Positions 16,922 through 28,231 of a stretch of DNA of 64,000 nucleotides are shown here, in pieces. The stretch is from NCBI GenBank assembly GCA_043825735.1, contig JBDRRP010000108.1, positions 1 through 64,000 on the forward strand. Reading direction: 5' to 3'. Within the stretch, counting starts at the first letter, position 1. Each line of letters starts with the position of its first letter. The position numbers and the translations under genes are program-made. Origin of the DNA: Pseudomonadota bacterium (GTDB lineage: Bacteria; Desulfobacterota; Desulfobacteria; Desulfobacterales; JBDRRP01). The notes under the pieces are model-generated. The model had not been told where the DNA came from. It ran no database searches and was given only the letters and a program-made list of their open reading frames with translations.

Positions 16922-17035
16922 ATCCGTCCTTTGGGTCGGTGTTGATGCGGACCGTTTACCAGTCGGTTGCTGGGTGTGCTGAACCAAACGTGGGGGCACC
17001 CTATGTGGTTCGGGAGTCAGAAATCAAGAACAATT

Positions 17036-17044
17036 TGTGGATAA
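17036..17044 (-). promoter_or_regulatory. Single consensus DnaA box (TTATCCACA) in the pilD/lon divergent spacer
   Basis: Plus strand TGTGGATAA at 17036-17044. A single 9-mer could occur by chance. Confidence 0.3.
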
Positions 17045-17182
17045 GCACTGGTTACGAAGAATCATTTCCTCAATCTATGGCCTTGTAATCGGGCACAGGT
17101 GTCGTATATTTTCAGATTTATACTGCCAGTGCTGTAGGCAGTCCATTTTGAACCGAATAGCACCATAATTACAGGAGTCGAC

Positions 17183-19609
17183 ATGGCGGAATCCGATCGG
17201 GACGATCTGATCAGCATCATCGAAGACAGCGAGCAGGAATCCGATCTGCCTGCCATTTTACCCCTGATGCCGGTCAGGGATGTTGTTATCTTTACCGACA
17301 TGCTGCTGCCGCTGTTCGTGGGACGCGAACGCAGTGTCCACGCCGTGGAAGAGGCCGTGTCTGCGGACAGTTTCATCTTCCTTGCAACGCAAAAAGACGC
17401 TGGTGTTGAAAACCCCAAGCCCGACGATATCTACTCTGTTGGGACCATCGCCAGAATCCTTCGGATTCTCAAACTGCCCGACGGCCGCATCAAGACCCTG
17501 GTTCAGGGCATGACCAAGGCCCGCGTGCTGAAATACGTGAGAAAACGTCCCCTGTATAAGGTCCGCTACGAGATTCTAAAAGAGGAAGCCCCTGAGCAGC
17601 TTGATGTGGAAGCCGAGGCGCTGATGCGGACGGTGCGCGAAAACTCTGAGAAAATAATGGCGTTGCGCGGGGAGCTCACCGGCGATATCGGGGTCATCCT
17701 CGAGAGCATCGCCGATCCCGGGCGCCTCGCTGATCTGGTAGCCTCGAATCTGCATCTCAAGATCGATGACAGCCAGGCGGTTCTGGAAACCGTCGATCCC
17801 ATGGCGCGGCTCAAAAAAGTCCATGACCTGCTGTTTAAAGAACTCGAGCTTTCCTCCATGCAGGCCAAGATTCAAAGTGATGTCCGTGATGAGATATCAA
17901 AAAGCCAGCGCGACTATTTTTTGCGTGAACAGGTTCGCGCCATCAACCGTGAACTGGGTGAAGGCGATGAAAAGGCACTTGAACTGGAGGAATACCGCCG
18001 CAAGATAAAATTGGCCCGAATGCCTAAGCCGGCCATGGAAGAAGCCCAGCGGCAGCTCAAGCGGCTCGAGCAGATGCACCCGGAAGCCGCCGAATCGACA
18101 GTGGTTCGCACCTATCTTGACTGGCTGGTGGAACTGCCCTGGCAAACGAGCACCCGTGACGACATCGATATACACAGAGCCAAGGAAGTCCTCGACAAAG
18201 ACCATTTTGGTCTCGAAAAGGTAAAGGATCGGATCCTTGAATACCTCAGCGTGCGCAAACTCAACGCGCAAATGAAAGGACCCATCCTGTGTTTCGTGGG
18301 GCCTCCCGGTGTTGGGAAAACATCTCTTGGGCAGTCCATTGCAAGAGCCATGAAACGCAAGTTCATCCGCATCTCACTCGGGGGCGTCCGGGACGAGGCT
18401 GAGATCCGCGGCCATCGTCGGACCTATATCGGCGCCATGCCCGGTCGAATCATTCAGGGGCTTAAGCAGTGCGGTTCCGGCAACCCAGTGTTTATGATGG
18501 ATGAAATCGACAAACTGGGCGCCGATTTCCGAGGCGACCCCTCATCGGCATTGCTTGAAGCCCTGGATCCCGAGCAAAACGCCGAGTACAGTGACCATTA
18601 TCTCAACCTGCCATTCGATCTGTCCAAGGTGATGTTTGTGCTGACAGCCAACATGGTTGACACCATCCCCTCGGCGCTGCTGGACCGAATGGAGGTCATT
18701 CAGCTTTCCGGCTACACTCAGGAGGAAAAACGGGACATCGCCCGGCATTACCTGCTTCCCCGGCAGTTGAAGGAAAACGGTCTTAAACCCAAGCAGGTGG
18801 AGTTCAGCGACGCCGCTCTGATTCAGATCATCGCAGAGCACACGCAGGAGGCGGGGCTTCGGAACCTGGAACGAGAAATCGGCACCATTTGCCGGAAAAT
18901 CGCCAGGCGCATCGCAGAAGGAAACAAGGGGCGGTTTCGGGTTTCGGTAAACACTTTAGAAAAATACCTGGGCGCGCCCAAGTTTTACCCGGAGATGGAC
19001 CAGGAGGAGAGCCAGGTCGGGCTGTCGACCGGTTTGGCCTGGACGCAGGTCGGCGGCGAGGTGCTGTATGTCGAAGCTGCCCTCATCGAAGGAAAGGGCG
19101 AGCTTATCATCACCGGTCAGATCGGAGAGGTGATGCAGGAATCGGCCCGCGCTGCCATGAGCTATATCCGCTCTCGGTTCCAGGCATGGGGGATTCCCAA
19201 GGGCCGCATTGAAAACCGGGACATTCACTTTCACGTACCGGCTGGCGCCATTCCCAAAGACGGGCCGTCAGCCGGAATTGCCATCGCCACAGCCTTGATA
19301 TCCGCACTTACCGGGGTGCCGGTGAACAAGGATGTGGCCATGACCGGGGAGATCACACTCCGGGGCCGCGTCCTGCCCATCGGGGGGCTCAAGGAAAAGG
19401 CACTCGGTGCCATTAGGGGCGGCATCAAGACCATCATCCTGCCGGAGAAAAACCGCCGGGAAATGATGGAACTGCCTGCCAATATACGCAAAAAGCTGAA
19501 ATTCATTCTGGTGCGTCAGATGGACGAAGTGATCCCCCTGGCATTGGACGGCCCCTTTCCGGTGCCCAAAAAAAAACGTGCGCCCTCAAAGGGGGAACGC
19601 GCTAAGTGA
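17183..19609 (+). CDS. lon: ATP-dependent Lon protease
   Basis: LON N-domain, [24 protein letters not shown], catalytic PKDGPSAG and GGLKEK. Confidence 0.97.
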   Translation: MAESDRDDLISIIEDSEQESDLPAILPLMPVRDVVIFTDMLLPLFVGRERSVHAVEEAVSADSFIFLATQKDAGVENPKPDDIYSVGTIARILRILKLPDGRIKTLVQGMTKARVLKYVRKRPLYKVRYEILKEEAPEQLDVEAEALMRTVRENSEKIMALRGELTGDIGVILESIADPGRLADLVASNLHLKIDDSQAVLETVDPMARLKKVHDLLFKELELSSMQAKIQSDVRDEISKSQRDYFLREQVRAINRELGEGDEKALELEEYRRKIKLARMPKPAMEEAQRQLKRLEQMHPEAAESTVVRTYLDWLVELPWQTSTRDDIDIHRAKEVLDKDHFGLEKVKDRILEYLSVRKLNAQMKGPILCFVGPPGVGKTSLGQSIARAMKRKFIRISLGGVRDEAEIRGHRRTYIGAMPGRIIQGLKQCGSGNPVFMMDEIDKLGADFRGDPSSALLEALDPEQNAEYSDHYLNLPFDLSKVMFVLTANMVDTIPSALLDRMEVIQLSGYTQEEKRDIARHYLLPRQLKENGLKPKQVEFSDAALIQIIAEHTQEAGLRNLEREIGTICRKIARRIAEGNKGRFRVSVNTLEKYLGAPKFYPEMDQEESQVGLSTGLAWTQVGGEVLYVEAALIEGKGELIITGQIGEVMQESARAAMSYIRSRFQAWGIPKGRIENRDIHFHVPAGAIPKDGPSAGIAIATALISALTGVPVNKDVAMTGEITLRGRVLPIGGLKEKALGAIRGGIKTIILPEKNRREMMELPANIRKKLKFILVRQMDEVIPLALDGPFPVPKKKRAPSKGERAK

Positions 19610-20286
19610 GGGTGTTGGCTTTAGATACCGCCACTGCCACCTGTAGTGTCGCCGTGGTAACCGACAATGGGGTAGTGGCTGAGATCACCGACCATGGCGG
19701 CAATTCCCATGCCCGCAAATTGTTGGTATTGATCAAGAATGTCCTTCGCCGGGCTTGCGTCACCGTGGGCGAGCTGGACGGTTTTGGCGTTACTGTGGGG
19801 CCGGGTTCGTTTACCGGTTTGCGCATTGGCATCAGTTCGGCTCAGGGCCTGGCCACGGCAGCCGGCAAACCTGCAGTGGGTATTTCCAGCTTGGAGGCAC
19901 TGGCCCGGCAGGCTATGGGAACACGTCTTCGGTGCGCGATGCTGGATGCTCGTCGAAAAGAGGTGTACGCCGCCGTATTCAGCCCCTCCAATAACAGTGT
20001 CCTGATTGAGAGCCCCGAACGGGTCGCCTCCCCGGAGGCGCTGATGCCGGATCTGCCGGCCGGCTGTATCTATGTCGGAAATGGCGCGGTGCTCTACCGG
20101 GATGTTATTTTGCGCCATGATCCCACGGCGATGTTCACTGAAGACGATAATGCCAACACCATTTCGGCCGTGACCGTGGGACGCCTGACCATTGAAATAA
20201 TGAATCGTTCCGGTGGTGGGACCCTGCCACTGCCGACCCCTCGCTATATCCGGAGATCGGATGCCGAGCGCAATCGAAATCATTGA
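19606..20286 (+). CDS. tsaB: tRNA t6A biosynthesis protein TsaB
   Basis: LALDTAT, GPGSFTGLRIG, DARRKEVY, PRYIR. Confidence 0.93.
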   Translation: MRVLALDTATATCSVAVVTDNGVVAEITDHGGNSHARKLLVLIKNVLRRACVTVGELDGFGVTVGPGSFTGLRIGISSAQGLATAAGKPAVGISSLEALARQAMGTRLRCAMLDARRKEVYAAVFSPSNNSVLIESPERVASPEALMPDLPAGCIYVGNGAVLYRDVILRHDPTAMFTEDDNANTISAVTVGRLTIEIMNRSGGGTLPLPTPRYIRRSDAERNRNH

Positions 20287-20424
20287 CATTTCCACAATCA
20301 TCACATAATGAAAAACGGTTATGACTAAAGACTTCGCGCAGCAAGCAGAGGGAAAAACGCCTCCACTGCGGGTACAACGCCGGTACGGGCCCGTCGGGGC
20401 CCAACATGCATTGACAGGTACCCT

Positions 20425-21096
20425 ATGAACCGTTTCGAGTGGGCAGATATGCCCGGCCAGACGGCGTTTCCGATTGCTCGGCCGGGATACCCTTTTATCG
20501 GGGCCGCCGTTTTCGTGACATTGGTTTTTGCCATTGTCGGCCTGAAAGTTCTTGCGCTGGTCGCCTTATTGGTGTGTGTCGGCATCTGCGGATTTTTCAG
20601 AGATCCGGACCGTGTCGTCCCGGTTGATGCGGCCGCCGTTGTATCACCGGCTGACGGGCGTGTCCTCTCGGTCGAACGGATTACCGACGCACGCTTTTTT
20701 GACGGACCGTGCGTAAAAATCAGCATCTTCATGTCGGTGTTCAATGTCCACGTCAACCGGGTGCCCTTTTCAGGCCGTGTGGAAAACGTGGTCTATCATC
20801 CGGGGTCCTTCTTTTCGGCCAATTTGGACAAGGCGGCCGCGTCCAATGAACACAATGCGGTGAAGATTTCGATTGATAACGGAGACACGATCTGGTTCGT
20901 TCAGATTGCCGGACTTATTGCCAGACGGATTATCAGCGGCCTTCAGGTGGGCCATGAGGTGATCAAAGGACAGCGCTTCGGCATGATCTGTTTCGGCTCC
21001 CGTCTTGATCTCTATCTGCCGGAACGCTATCGCGTCGACGTCCGCGTCGGGCAAAAGGTCCAGGCTGGTACGACGATCGTGGGATTCGTGTCTTAA
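20425..21096 (+). CDS. psd: Phosphatidylserine decarboxylase proenzyme (short type)
   Basis: FFRDPDR, SPADG, IFMSVFNVHVNR, QIAGLIARRI, FGSR self-cleavage site. Confidence 0.92.
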   Translation: MNRFEWADMPGQTAFPIARPGYPFIGAAVFVTLVFAIVGLKVLALVALLVCVGICGFFRDPDRVVPVDAAAVVSPADGRVLSVERITDARFFDGPCVKISIFMSVFNVHVNRVPFSGRVENVVYHPGSFFSANLDKAAASNEHNAVKISIDNGDTIWFVQIAGLIARRIISGLQVGHEVIKGQRFGMICFGSRLDLYLPERYRVDVRVGQKVQAGTTIVGFVS

Positions 21097-21132
21097 GAAT
21101 GAAATAAACCAGGAACGTCAATCATGATTGCC

Positions 21133-21167
21133 CCTCGTCGAACCTTGCCGGTTCGACGAGGTGTTTT
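21133..21167 (+). terminator. Hairpin plus U-tract in the greA leader (terminator/attenuator candidate)
   Basis: Perfect 12-bp stem CCTCGTCGAACC / GGTTCGACGAGG, 5-nt loop, then TGTTTT directly before the AGGAG RBS. Confidence 0.6.
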
Positions 21168-21180
21168 AGGAGATACCGCT

Positions 21181-21648
21181 GTGGAACGCATGCCCATTAC
21201 CAAAGAAGGATATGATACGCTGAGACGTGAGCTCGACCGACTAAAGACTAAAGATCGGCCGGAGAATATTCAAGCCATCGAGGAGGCGCGCGCCCACGGC
21301 GATCTTTCAGAAAATGCCGAGTACCATGCCGCAAAGGACCGTCAGGGATTCATCGAGGGACGGATCAACCAACTTCAGTATAAAATCGCGACGGCCGACG
21401 TGATCGACATCTCTTCACTGCCCAAGGACAGGGTGGTGTTCGCCAGTCGCGTCCTGCTTGAAAACACCGATACCGAAGAAAACGTGGAATATCAAATTGT
21501 CGGCCCGGACGAATCGGACATTGAAAAGGGGCGGATCTCCATGCTGTCTCCACTGGGCAAGGCGATGATCGGCAAAAAACCCGGAGACGAAATCACGCTG
21601 GACGCTCCGGGAGGAAAACGGACTTACGAACTCGTTGAGATTTTATAA
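21181..21648 (+). CDS. greA: Transcription elongation factor GreA
   Basis: PITKEG..ARAHGDLSENAEYHAAK, IVGPDE, ISMLSPLGKA. GTG start after AGGAG. Confidence 0.95.
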   Translation: MERMPITKEGYDTLRRELDRLKTKDRPENIQAIEEARAHGDLSENAEYHAAKDRQGFIEGRINQLQYKIATADVIDISSLPKDRVVFASRVLLENTDTEENVEYQIVGPDESDIEKGRISMLSPLGKAMIGKKPGDEITLDAPGGKRTYELVEIL

Positions 21649-21696
21649 ATAGTAAGCCGCCTCGATTCCGAGGCAGCACTTTTGGAGGATACTACT

Positions 21697-22026
21697 GTGG
21701 CACGAATCACTGTTGAAGACTGCTTGAAGAAGGTGAACAATCGTTTCGTTCTGATCAACATGGTGGCCAAACGCGTCCGCCAGATCCGCGAAGGATCCGA
21801 GTACCTGGTCAATTCACCGAAAAACGAAGATATCGTCATCGCACTGCGGGAAGTGGCGGCCGGAAAAGTCACGATCCGAGAATCCCGTGCAACCGAGGCG
21901 GCTGTTGTGGTTGAACCGGTAGCCGAAGCTGTGGCGCCGCTGAAGGCAACGGTGGAAGACGCTGTATCGGATGAAAGCGTTTCGGATGAAGGGGTCACCG
22001 CCGCCGAAAACACCACCACCGACTGA
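21697..22026 (+). CDS. rpoZ: RNA polymerase omega subunit with acidic C-terminal tail
   Basis: ARITVEDCL..NRF.L..KRVRQI..ALREVAAG. GGAGG RBS before GTG 21697. Confidence 0.93.
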   Translation: MARITVEDCLKKVNNRFVLINMVAKRVRQIREGSEYLVNSPKNEDIVIALREVAAGKVTIRESRATEAAVVVEPVAEAVAPLKATVEDAVSDESVSDEGVTAAENTTTD

Positions 22027-22043
22027 TTTGTCCCATTCGCGTC

Positions 22044-22799
22044 GTGGCCTCTTCCCGCTATAACCGGAAGGCTGTCAACCGAGCGGTTGGCAGAGCCATC
22101 CATCGCTACCGTATGATTGCCGACGGTGATCGTATCATCGTGGGACTATCAGGAGGCAAAGACAGTCTAACCCTGCTGTGGACCCTCAAAGAGCGGCTGG
22201 CACGCATTCCGGTGACATACAACCTGCTGGGGGTCTATGTCGATCCGGGCTTTGGCGGCAACACCGGCGAGGCCCTCAAAGCATTCTGCAGTGATATTCA
22301 CGTTCCCCTGGTGGTGTCGGAAACCGATTTCGGAGTTGTCGCCCACAGCGAACAAAACCGTGAAAACCCTTGTTTCCTGTGCTCCCGACGCAGACGCCAG
22401 CGGGTTTTTGAAATCGCCCGTGAGCGGGACTTCAACATCATCGCTTACGGACATCACAAGGACGACATCATCGAGACCCTGTTCATGAACATGTGCTATG
22501 CCGGGGAAATCAGCGCCATGATGCCCCGGCAGTCATTTTTCAAGGGCCTGGTCACCATTATCCGGCCACTGGCTTTTTGCGAGGAATCGCAGATCCGCCG
22601 TTTCGCGGCGGATATGGATTTTCCCTGCATCGAAAATCCTTGTCCAAGTGCGAAAACCTCCAAGCGTCATGAAATCAAAACGCTGCTGCAGCAACTTTAC
22701 CGGTCCAACCCCAAGATTCGCGGGAACCTGTTCAGATCCATGCACCATATCAATAGCGATTACCTGCCGAATACGTCCCCGGATGACAACGACGATTAG
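22044..22799 (+). CDS. ttcA: TtcA-family tRNA 2-thiocytidine biosynthesis-like PP-loop ATPase
   Basis: GLSGGKDS PP-loop, PCFLCSRRRR, GHHKDDIIET, IIRPL. Confidence 0.78.
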   Translation: MASSRYNRKAVNRAVGRAIHRYRMIADGDRIIVGLSGGKDSLTLLWTLKERLARIPVTYNLLGVYVDPGFGGNTGEALKAFCSDIHVPLVVSETDFGVVAHSEQNRENPCFLCSRRRRQRVFEIARERDFNIIAYGHHKDDIIETLFMNMCYAGEISAMMPRQSFFKGLVTIIRPLAFCEESQIRRFAADMDFPCIENPCPSAKTSKRHEIKTLLQQLYRSNPKIRGNLFRSMHHINSDYLPNTSPDDNDD

Positions 22800-22814
22800 T
22801 GGAGCGGTTCCGAT

Positions 22815-23597
22815 ATGAAAGACATCCAGAACGAACGCGATCACCGCAACATCCCTATAGACAAAGTCGGCATCAAGAATCTGCGCTATCCCATTACCGT
22901 TCTGGATCGGGCCAACAAGGTGCAGCACACGGTGGCCACCATCAATATGTACGTGGATCTACCACACAAGTACAAAGGGACCCACATGAGCCGGTTCGTG
23001 GAGCTTCTCCACGGGCTCAATGCCTCAGTATCGTTGAAGAAGTTTTCCGTCGTTCTGGATGAAATGAAACGGCACCTCAACGCCGCCTCCGCCCACATCG
23101 AAATGACGTTTCCCTATTTTATTGAAAAACAGGCGCCTGTGAGCGGTGCTGCCGGTCTCATGGACTACACTTGCCGCATCATGGGATCAAGCATGCCCGA
23201 CGGTACGCTGGACATCGTATCAGAAGTCATCGTCCCCATTTCCTCGGTGTGCCCGTGCTCAAAGGAGATCAGCGTCTGCGGCGCGCACAATCAGCGCGGT
23301 GAGGTGCGGCTCAGCACGCGGTTCAAGAAATTTATCTGGATGGAAGACATGATCGAACTGGTGGAATCCGCAGCGTCGTGCGAAGTCTACTCGGTGCTCA
23401 AGCGGGTGGATGAGAAGTGCGTCACTGAGCGGGGATTCACCAATCCCAAATTTGTCGAGGACATTGTCCGGGACATTGCACAGAAACTGCGCGAGGACAG
23501 CAACATCATCTGGTTTACCGTCAGTGCGGAAAACTTCGAGTCCATCCACAACCACAGCGCCTATGCGTTTATCGCCAGCGGCGCCTGGCCGCAGTGA
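22815..23597 (+). CDS. folE2: GTP cyclohydrolase I type B
   Basis: IDKVGIK, KGTHMSRF, CPCSKEIS, GAHNQR, KRVDEK, PKFVED, ESIHNH. Confidence 0.95.
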   Translation: MKDIQNERDHRNIPIDKVGIKNLRYPITVLDRANKVQHTVATINMYVDLPHKYKGTHMSRFVELLHGLNASVSLKKFSVVLDEMKRHLNAASAHIEMTFPYFIEKQAPVSGAAGLMDYTCRIMGSSMPDGTLDIVSEVIVPISSVCPCSKEISVCGAHNQRGEVRLSTRFKKFIWMEDMIELVESAASCEVYSVLKRVDEKCVTERGFTNPKFVEDIVRDIAQKLREDSNIIWFTVSAENFESIHNHSAYAFIASGAWPQ

Positions 23598-23682
23598 TGA
23601 ACAGATCTCAAAATAGCTTTTCATTTCCTTACGAAGCGCTAGTTTTGTCTCAACGGCCACTGCCCAACAGCCGATTCTGATC

Positions 23683-23895
23683 ACCACGAAGCACACGAAG
23701 TTTTTAAAACCCATTGTTGTAAAAGTTTTGGGCCTATCTATCATTTCAATGTTTCGGGTCAGGGCTGTTGTTTGCCATGAAACGGTGGCGGGGCCGAAAA
23801 AGAGAATGCCTGCGACGCCAACGACAGCTAAAAAAAAATAATTTCGTAGATAATACCGAAAAGTTTTTCTTCGTGGCCGTCGTGTTCTTCGTGGT
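23683..23895. repeat. Long inverted-repeat element with 9-nt-period arms
   Basis: ACCACGAAGCACACGAAG (23683-23700) versus CTTCGTGGCCGTCGTGTTCTTCGTGGT (23869-23895). AT-rich interior, between convergent folE2 and dacB. Confidence 0.7.
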
Positions 23896-23984
23896 AAACC
23901 ATCCAATGGTTCGGATAACGTCAACTTGAGTTTTCTGGACAACCATCGGCAAAGATTACCCAATCGTTCGTGTTCACCGATCAC

Positions 23985-24009
23985 GGGCGGGGATAAACCC
24001 GCACCCTAC
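23985..24009 (-). repeat. GTAG-type REP
   Basis: Minus strand GTAG GGTGCGGG TTTAT CCCCGCCC: a GTAG tetranucleotide followed by a GC-rich imperfect palindrome. Confidence 0.65.
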
Positions 24010-24191
24010 ACGATTGCCTGATTCCCCGTGCCTATATGGAGTGCCGCGGTGGCCGCTCCGTTATAACGACGCATTTCATGTGCCACGACAGCATCTACCC
24101 ATTCACTGGAGAAGGGCGCATAATCAGGATCTTTTTTTTGTCCGGTTCATATCTCTTTTCCCCCCCCACGCCCCAAGCGGCGATGAAATCC

Positions 24192-25466
24192 TTACGGCCT
24201 TCCTGCGGCGGTGGCCGCCAGACCCCGGATATGGCGTCTCACTGCCTGCATCACGGCATCCATCCGGCGGGTGTCTGAGTTGAGCATCACCACGTAGCCA
24301 TAGTCTTTCCCGTCAACAGTGAAATAGCCGGCCCGGGTGCGGATGCCATCGAGGGTGCCGGTCTTGAAGGCATCGTCGCCGTCTTTTCGCAGCAAGTGGC
24401 GATAGCGGTAAAATGCCCCGAGCACCCGGTGCATATCTGCGGCAGATATCCGGTTGTCCCGTGAAATGCCGGAGCCTTCAACGAGGACGAGGCGTTTCAG
24501 CCCCAGATTCTTGTCGGCGAACGCCCTGGCCAGACGAGCGCCCTGTGCCAGGTTTCCGGGAGGGCCGTAGGCGGCGGCCGCAGAGGCAATAAGCAGTTGA
24601 TTGGCCATGAAATTGTTGGAATAAGTCATCATCCGCTGGATAATCATGGTGACCGTATAGGGGGAGCTGAACCGCCAGGCGAAATCGGCCGGAGGCGGCG
24701 GCGTTTTCGGGACGATATCGACATTCCCGGATACATTGCAGCCATGGGATTCGAGGAAAAACCGCAGCAGGTGTCCCGCATACCGTGTCGCATCGTTTTC
24801 GTGGTGGGAGAGCACGACCCGATCCGTGACCTCGGCGTATCGGCCGATGCGTTCTTCGGCGAAGGGGAGCAGGGGGGTCTGGGGCTCGGCGGTTTCAAGC
24901 CGACCGTTCAGCGGATTGCGGGTAAAAAAAACGGTGTTGAAATTGGCGCATAGGGCGCCGTTGGGTGCGTCGTAGGGATTGTCTGTGTCGTTCACTCCGG
25001 GAATGAGCAATGGCTCCACGAAGTAGCTCTTGTCCAGCGAAATGCCGGACAGGCAGGGGCGACGACCCGAAGGCAGCAATTTAACCAACTGCATGGCGGC
25101 GACATCAATGGCCTCGGAAATGAACAACGGGTCACCGTAGCCTTTGACCAACAGACGGCCGTCCTCCGTGGTGCTGAAATCGGTTGGAAACCGATAGCCC
25201 GTCCCCAGTGTGTCGATGGCCACCAGGGCCGTGAGCAGCTTCAGGATGCTGGCCGGCACCAGGGCGGTGTCAGCGTTGGCAGAAAACGCGATGGCGCCAT
25301 CGGGCAATGAGATCACCACCGCGTCTTTGCCGCCCTGGGGGAAATCGATGCCGGCGGCGCACCAGACCAAAGAGGGCCACCCCATCCATGCAAGGCCCAG
25401 GCAACAGACAATGACGCCGGCCCATCGTCGATAGAAGCGCCCAGCGTCAATCACGATGGCCTCCAC
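24192..25466 (-). CDS. dacB: D-Ala-D-Ala carboxypeptidase/endopeptidase (peptidase S13, PBP4)
   Basis: PASILK (SxxK), GYGDP, SNNF (SxN), EGSGISR, KTGTL. N-terminal signal-like segment. Confidence 0.9.
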   Translation of the reverse strand: MEAIVIDAGRFYRRWAGVIVCCLGLAWMGWPSLVWCAAGIDFPQGGKDAVVISLPDGAIAFSANADTALVPASILKLLTALVAIDTLGTGYRFPTDFSTTEDGRLLVKGYGDPLFISEAIDVAAMQLVKLLPSGRRPCLSGISLDKSYFVEPLLIPGVNDTDNPYDAPNGALCANFNTVFFTRNPLNGRLETAEPQTPLLPFAEERIGRYAEVTDRVVLSHHENDATRYAGHLLRFFLESHGCNVSGNVDIVPKTPPPPADFAWRFSSPYTVTMIIQRMMTYSNNFMANQLLIASAAAAYGPPGNLAQGARLARAFADKNLGLKRLVLVEGSGISRDNRISAADMHRVLGAFYRYRHLLRKDGDDAFKTGTLDGIRTRAGYFTVDGKDYGYVVMLNSDTRRMDAVMQAVRRHIRGLAATAAGRP

Positions 25467-25914
25467 TGCGGTGCCCCGGGCTTTCGACGATCAGTGTCAC
25501 TGGTCCGTCGTTGACCAGAGAGACCGCCATGCTCGCCCCGAATCGGCCTGTTTCCACCGTGACACCCTGTGCGCGGCACCGGTCGATGAATTTCCGGTAA
25601 AGGGGTTCGGCCTGCTGGGGCCCGGCGGCGGTGATAAATGACGGGCGCCGGCCTTTGCGACTGTCTCCCAACAGGGTGAACTGAGAGACCACCAGAAGAT
25701 GGCCTCCCGCATCTGTGAGGGAACGGTTCATTTTTCCGGCATCGTCTTCAAAAATCCGGAGGTTCGGGATTTTATCTGCCAGGTATTCGACATCTGTTGC
25801 ATCGACGTCGACAGACACGCCCAAAAGCACCAGCAGGCCCCGCCCGATGGCGCCGACGATGACGTCGTCCACGAGCACCGAACATCGGCACACCCGCTGA
25901 ACCACCGCAATCAT
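25447..25914 (-). CDS. dtd: D-aminoacyl-tRNA deacylase
   Basis: VVQRV, LRIFED, VSQFTL, KGRRPSF, NDGPVT. Confidence 0.96.
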   Translation of the reverse strand: MIAVVQRVCRCSVLVDDVIVGAIGRGLLVLLGVSVDVDATDVEYLADKIPNLRIFEDDAGKMNRSLTDAGGHLLVVSQFTLLGDSRKGRRPSFITAAGPQQAEPLYRKFIDRCRAQGVTVETGRFGASMAVSLVNDGPVTLIVESPGHRSGGHRD

Positions 25915-28223
25915 GCCTTGTCTCCTCCAGCGTTGAGCTTGTCCCCCAATCCTGAAAAAGGGTTGTTGAATGGGGCGGCGGATTCTTTTTGAACTGGTTT
26001 GGGCGGCCGGTTTCTATCAGGTTTGGCCGCCTGCTTTTTGACCGGTTTGTGCCGGGTCGGTGAGGTCCCGCCCGCCGCCAGCGATTTGACGGCATCGGTT
26101 TTCATGGACAGACTGATCCGTTTACGCGCGAGGTCCACTTCCAGCACGGTCACCCGCACCGCCTGACTGACCTTTACCACATCGGCCGGATCCTTGACGA
26201 ATCGGTCGGCCAGTTGACTGATGTGCACCAGTCCGTCCTGATGCACTCCGATGTCCACGAATGCACCAAACTGGGTGACATTGGTAACCACGCCGGTAAG
26301 CACCATCCCCGGGTTGAGATCTTCCATGCGCGTGATGTTGTCGGCGAAGGTCACCGCCGAAAAGCCCGCTCGGGGATCTCGGCCGGGTTTGGCCAACTCC
26401 GAGAGGATGTCCTGAAGGGTAGGAAGCCCCACGGTGTCGGTGACATAGTCATCGAGCGCGATGCGTTCGCGGATGTCCCGGGATGTCATGAGGTCCGCCA
26501 CCGTGCAGTCCAGGTTTCGGGCCATGGCCTCCACCACCGGGTAGCTCTCCGGATGGACCGCGCTGGCGTCCAGGGGGGTGGTTCCGTTGGGGATTCGGAG
26601 AAAACCGGCGGCCTGTTCAAATGCCTTGGGGCCCAGTCGCGGTACTTTCAACAGATCATGGCGGCAGGCAAAAGGGCCGTTGGCGTTTCGGGTGTCCACG
26701 ATGTTGGCGGCCAACCGCTCTCCGATGCCGGACACGTAGGCGAGAAGGGCCGCGCTGGCCCGGTTAAGATCAACCCCCACGGCATTGACGCAGCTGACCA
26801 CCACATCGTCCAGCGTCTCTTTGAGCGCCCCCTGGTCCACGTCGTGCTGGTATTGGCCCACACCGATGGACTTGGGGTCTATTTTTACCAGTTCGGCCAG
26901 AGGATCCATCAGCCGTCTGGCAATTGAAATGGACCCCCGCACCGTGAGGTCGAGATCAGGGAATTCCTTTCGGGCCGTTTCCGAAGCGGAATAAATCGAT
27001 GCCCCGCTTTCGTTGACAGATACCACCGGCAGTTCGGACGGAGCCAGTGCGCCGCGGACGAACTGCTCGGTTTCCCTTCCGGCCGTACCATTGCCGACGG
27101 CAATGGCTTCGATATCATTTTTTCGTATGAGATCTTTCAGCGTGTCCACTGCCTTTTGCGCACCCCCGCTGCCGGTGTGGGGATAAATGGTTTCATGATG
27201 AAGCAATTTTCCCTGCCGGTCCAGGCACACCACCTTGCAGCCGGTGCGAAATCCAGGGTCGATGCCCATGATTCGCTTCGCGCCAAGGGGTGGTGCCAGC
27301 AGCAGGTGACGCAGGTTGTCGGCGAACACCCGGATGGCTTCCCGATCGGCTGCTTCCTTGGTAGCCAGGCGGGCCTCGGTTTCCATTGAACGTGACAGCA
27401 AACGCCGATAACTGTCGGTGACAGCGAGGCGCACCTGGGCGCTGTCCGGACCGTCGCCGATCACAAAGAGCCGCTCCAGTAAGGCGATGGCCGCAGTTTC
27501 ATCAGGCTGGATGGTGAGCATGAGGATCTCTTCCCGTTCGCCGCGGCGCATGGCAAGGACCCGGTGCGATGGTGCCGTGCTAGCCGGTTCCGACCACTCG
27601 AAATAGTCTCGGTACTTTGCGCCCTCGGCCTCCTTTCCTTCAGAAACGCGGCTGGAGAGAGTGGCTTTTTCCATAAACAGCCGGCGCAGGGCATCGCGGG
27701 CGCTCGCGGATTCGTTCACCGTTTCTGCAATAATGTCGCGTGCGCCGGCAAGCGCATCCGCCACGTCCTGGACACCGCGCTCCGGATCAACGGCACCCAC
27801 CGCGGCCTGGGCCGGATCGACGCCGGTCTGGGCCATGATCAGTTCTGCCAGTGGTGCGAGGCCTTTTTCACGGGCAATGGTGGCCCGGGTTCGGCGTTTG
27901 GGCCGGTAGGGCAGGTAGATGTCTTCCACCGCGGCCAGCGTTTCGGCGGCGGCAACGGCGGTTTCCAGTTCCGCCGTGAAGTGCCCGTGCTGGGTTAGGG
28001 AGGCGATTACGGCGCTTTTTCGGGTGTCCAGATCGGCGAGCCGCTTGAGGTGGTCGCGGATGGCGGTGACGGCGACCTCGTCAAGACTCCCCGTGGCTTC
28101 TTTCCGGTAGCGGGAAATAAAGGGAACACTGGCGCCGTCGGAGATCAGGTGGGCCACGGCCCGAACCTGGTCGGCAGTGATCTGAAGCGATGCTGCTACC
28201 GCAGCAATATGGGTCTCCTGCAT
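25911..28223 (-). CDS. tex: Tex-family transcription accessory protein (YqgF, HhH, S1)
   Basis: [58 protein letters not shown]1 domain [18 protein letters not shown]. Confidence 0.95.
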   Translation of the reverse strand: MQETHIAAVAASLQITADQVRAVAHLISDGASVPFISRYRKEATGSLDEVAVTAIRDHLKRLADLDTRKSAVIASLTQHGHFTAELETAVAAAETLAAVEDIYLPYRPKRRTRATIAREKGLAPLAELIMAQTGVDPAQAAVGAVDPERGVQDVADALAGARDIIAETVNESASARDALRRLFMEKATLSSRVSEGKEAEGAKYRDYFEWSEPASTAPSHRVLAMRRGEREEILMLTIQPDETAAIALLERLFVIGDGPDSAQVRLAVTDSYRRLLSRSMETEARLATKEAADREAIRVFADNLRHLLLAPPLGAKRIMGIDPGFRTGCKVVCLDRQGKLLHHETIYPHTGSGGAQKAVDTLKDLIRKNDIEAIAVGNGTAGRETEQFVRGALAPSELPVVSVNESGASIYSASETARKEFPDLDLTVRGSISIARRLMDPLAELVKIDPKSIGVGQYQHDVDQGALKETLDDVVVSCVNAVGVDLNRASAALLAYVSGIGERLAANIVDTRNANGPFACRHDLLKVPRLGPKAFEQAAGFLRIPNGTTPLDASAVHPESYPVVEAMARNLDCTVADLMTSRDIRERIALDDYVTDTVGLPTLQDILSELAKPGRDPRAGFSAVTFADNITRMEDLNPGMVLTGVVTNVTQFGAFVDIGVHQDGLVHISQLADRFVKDPADVVKVSQAVRVTVLEVDLARKRISLSMKTDAVKSLAAGGTSPTRHKPVKKQAAKPDRNRPPKPVQKESAAPFNNPFSGLGDKLNAGGDKA

Positions 28224-28231
28224 GGTGTCTC

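Noticed and set aside
20283..20309. sigma70 promoter TTGACA...CATAAT before psd
   Set aside because: The spacer is only 15 nt and the -35 overlaps the tsaB stop codon; plausible but not well enough supported.
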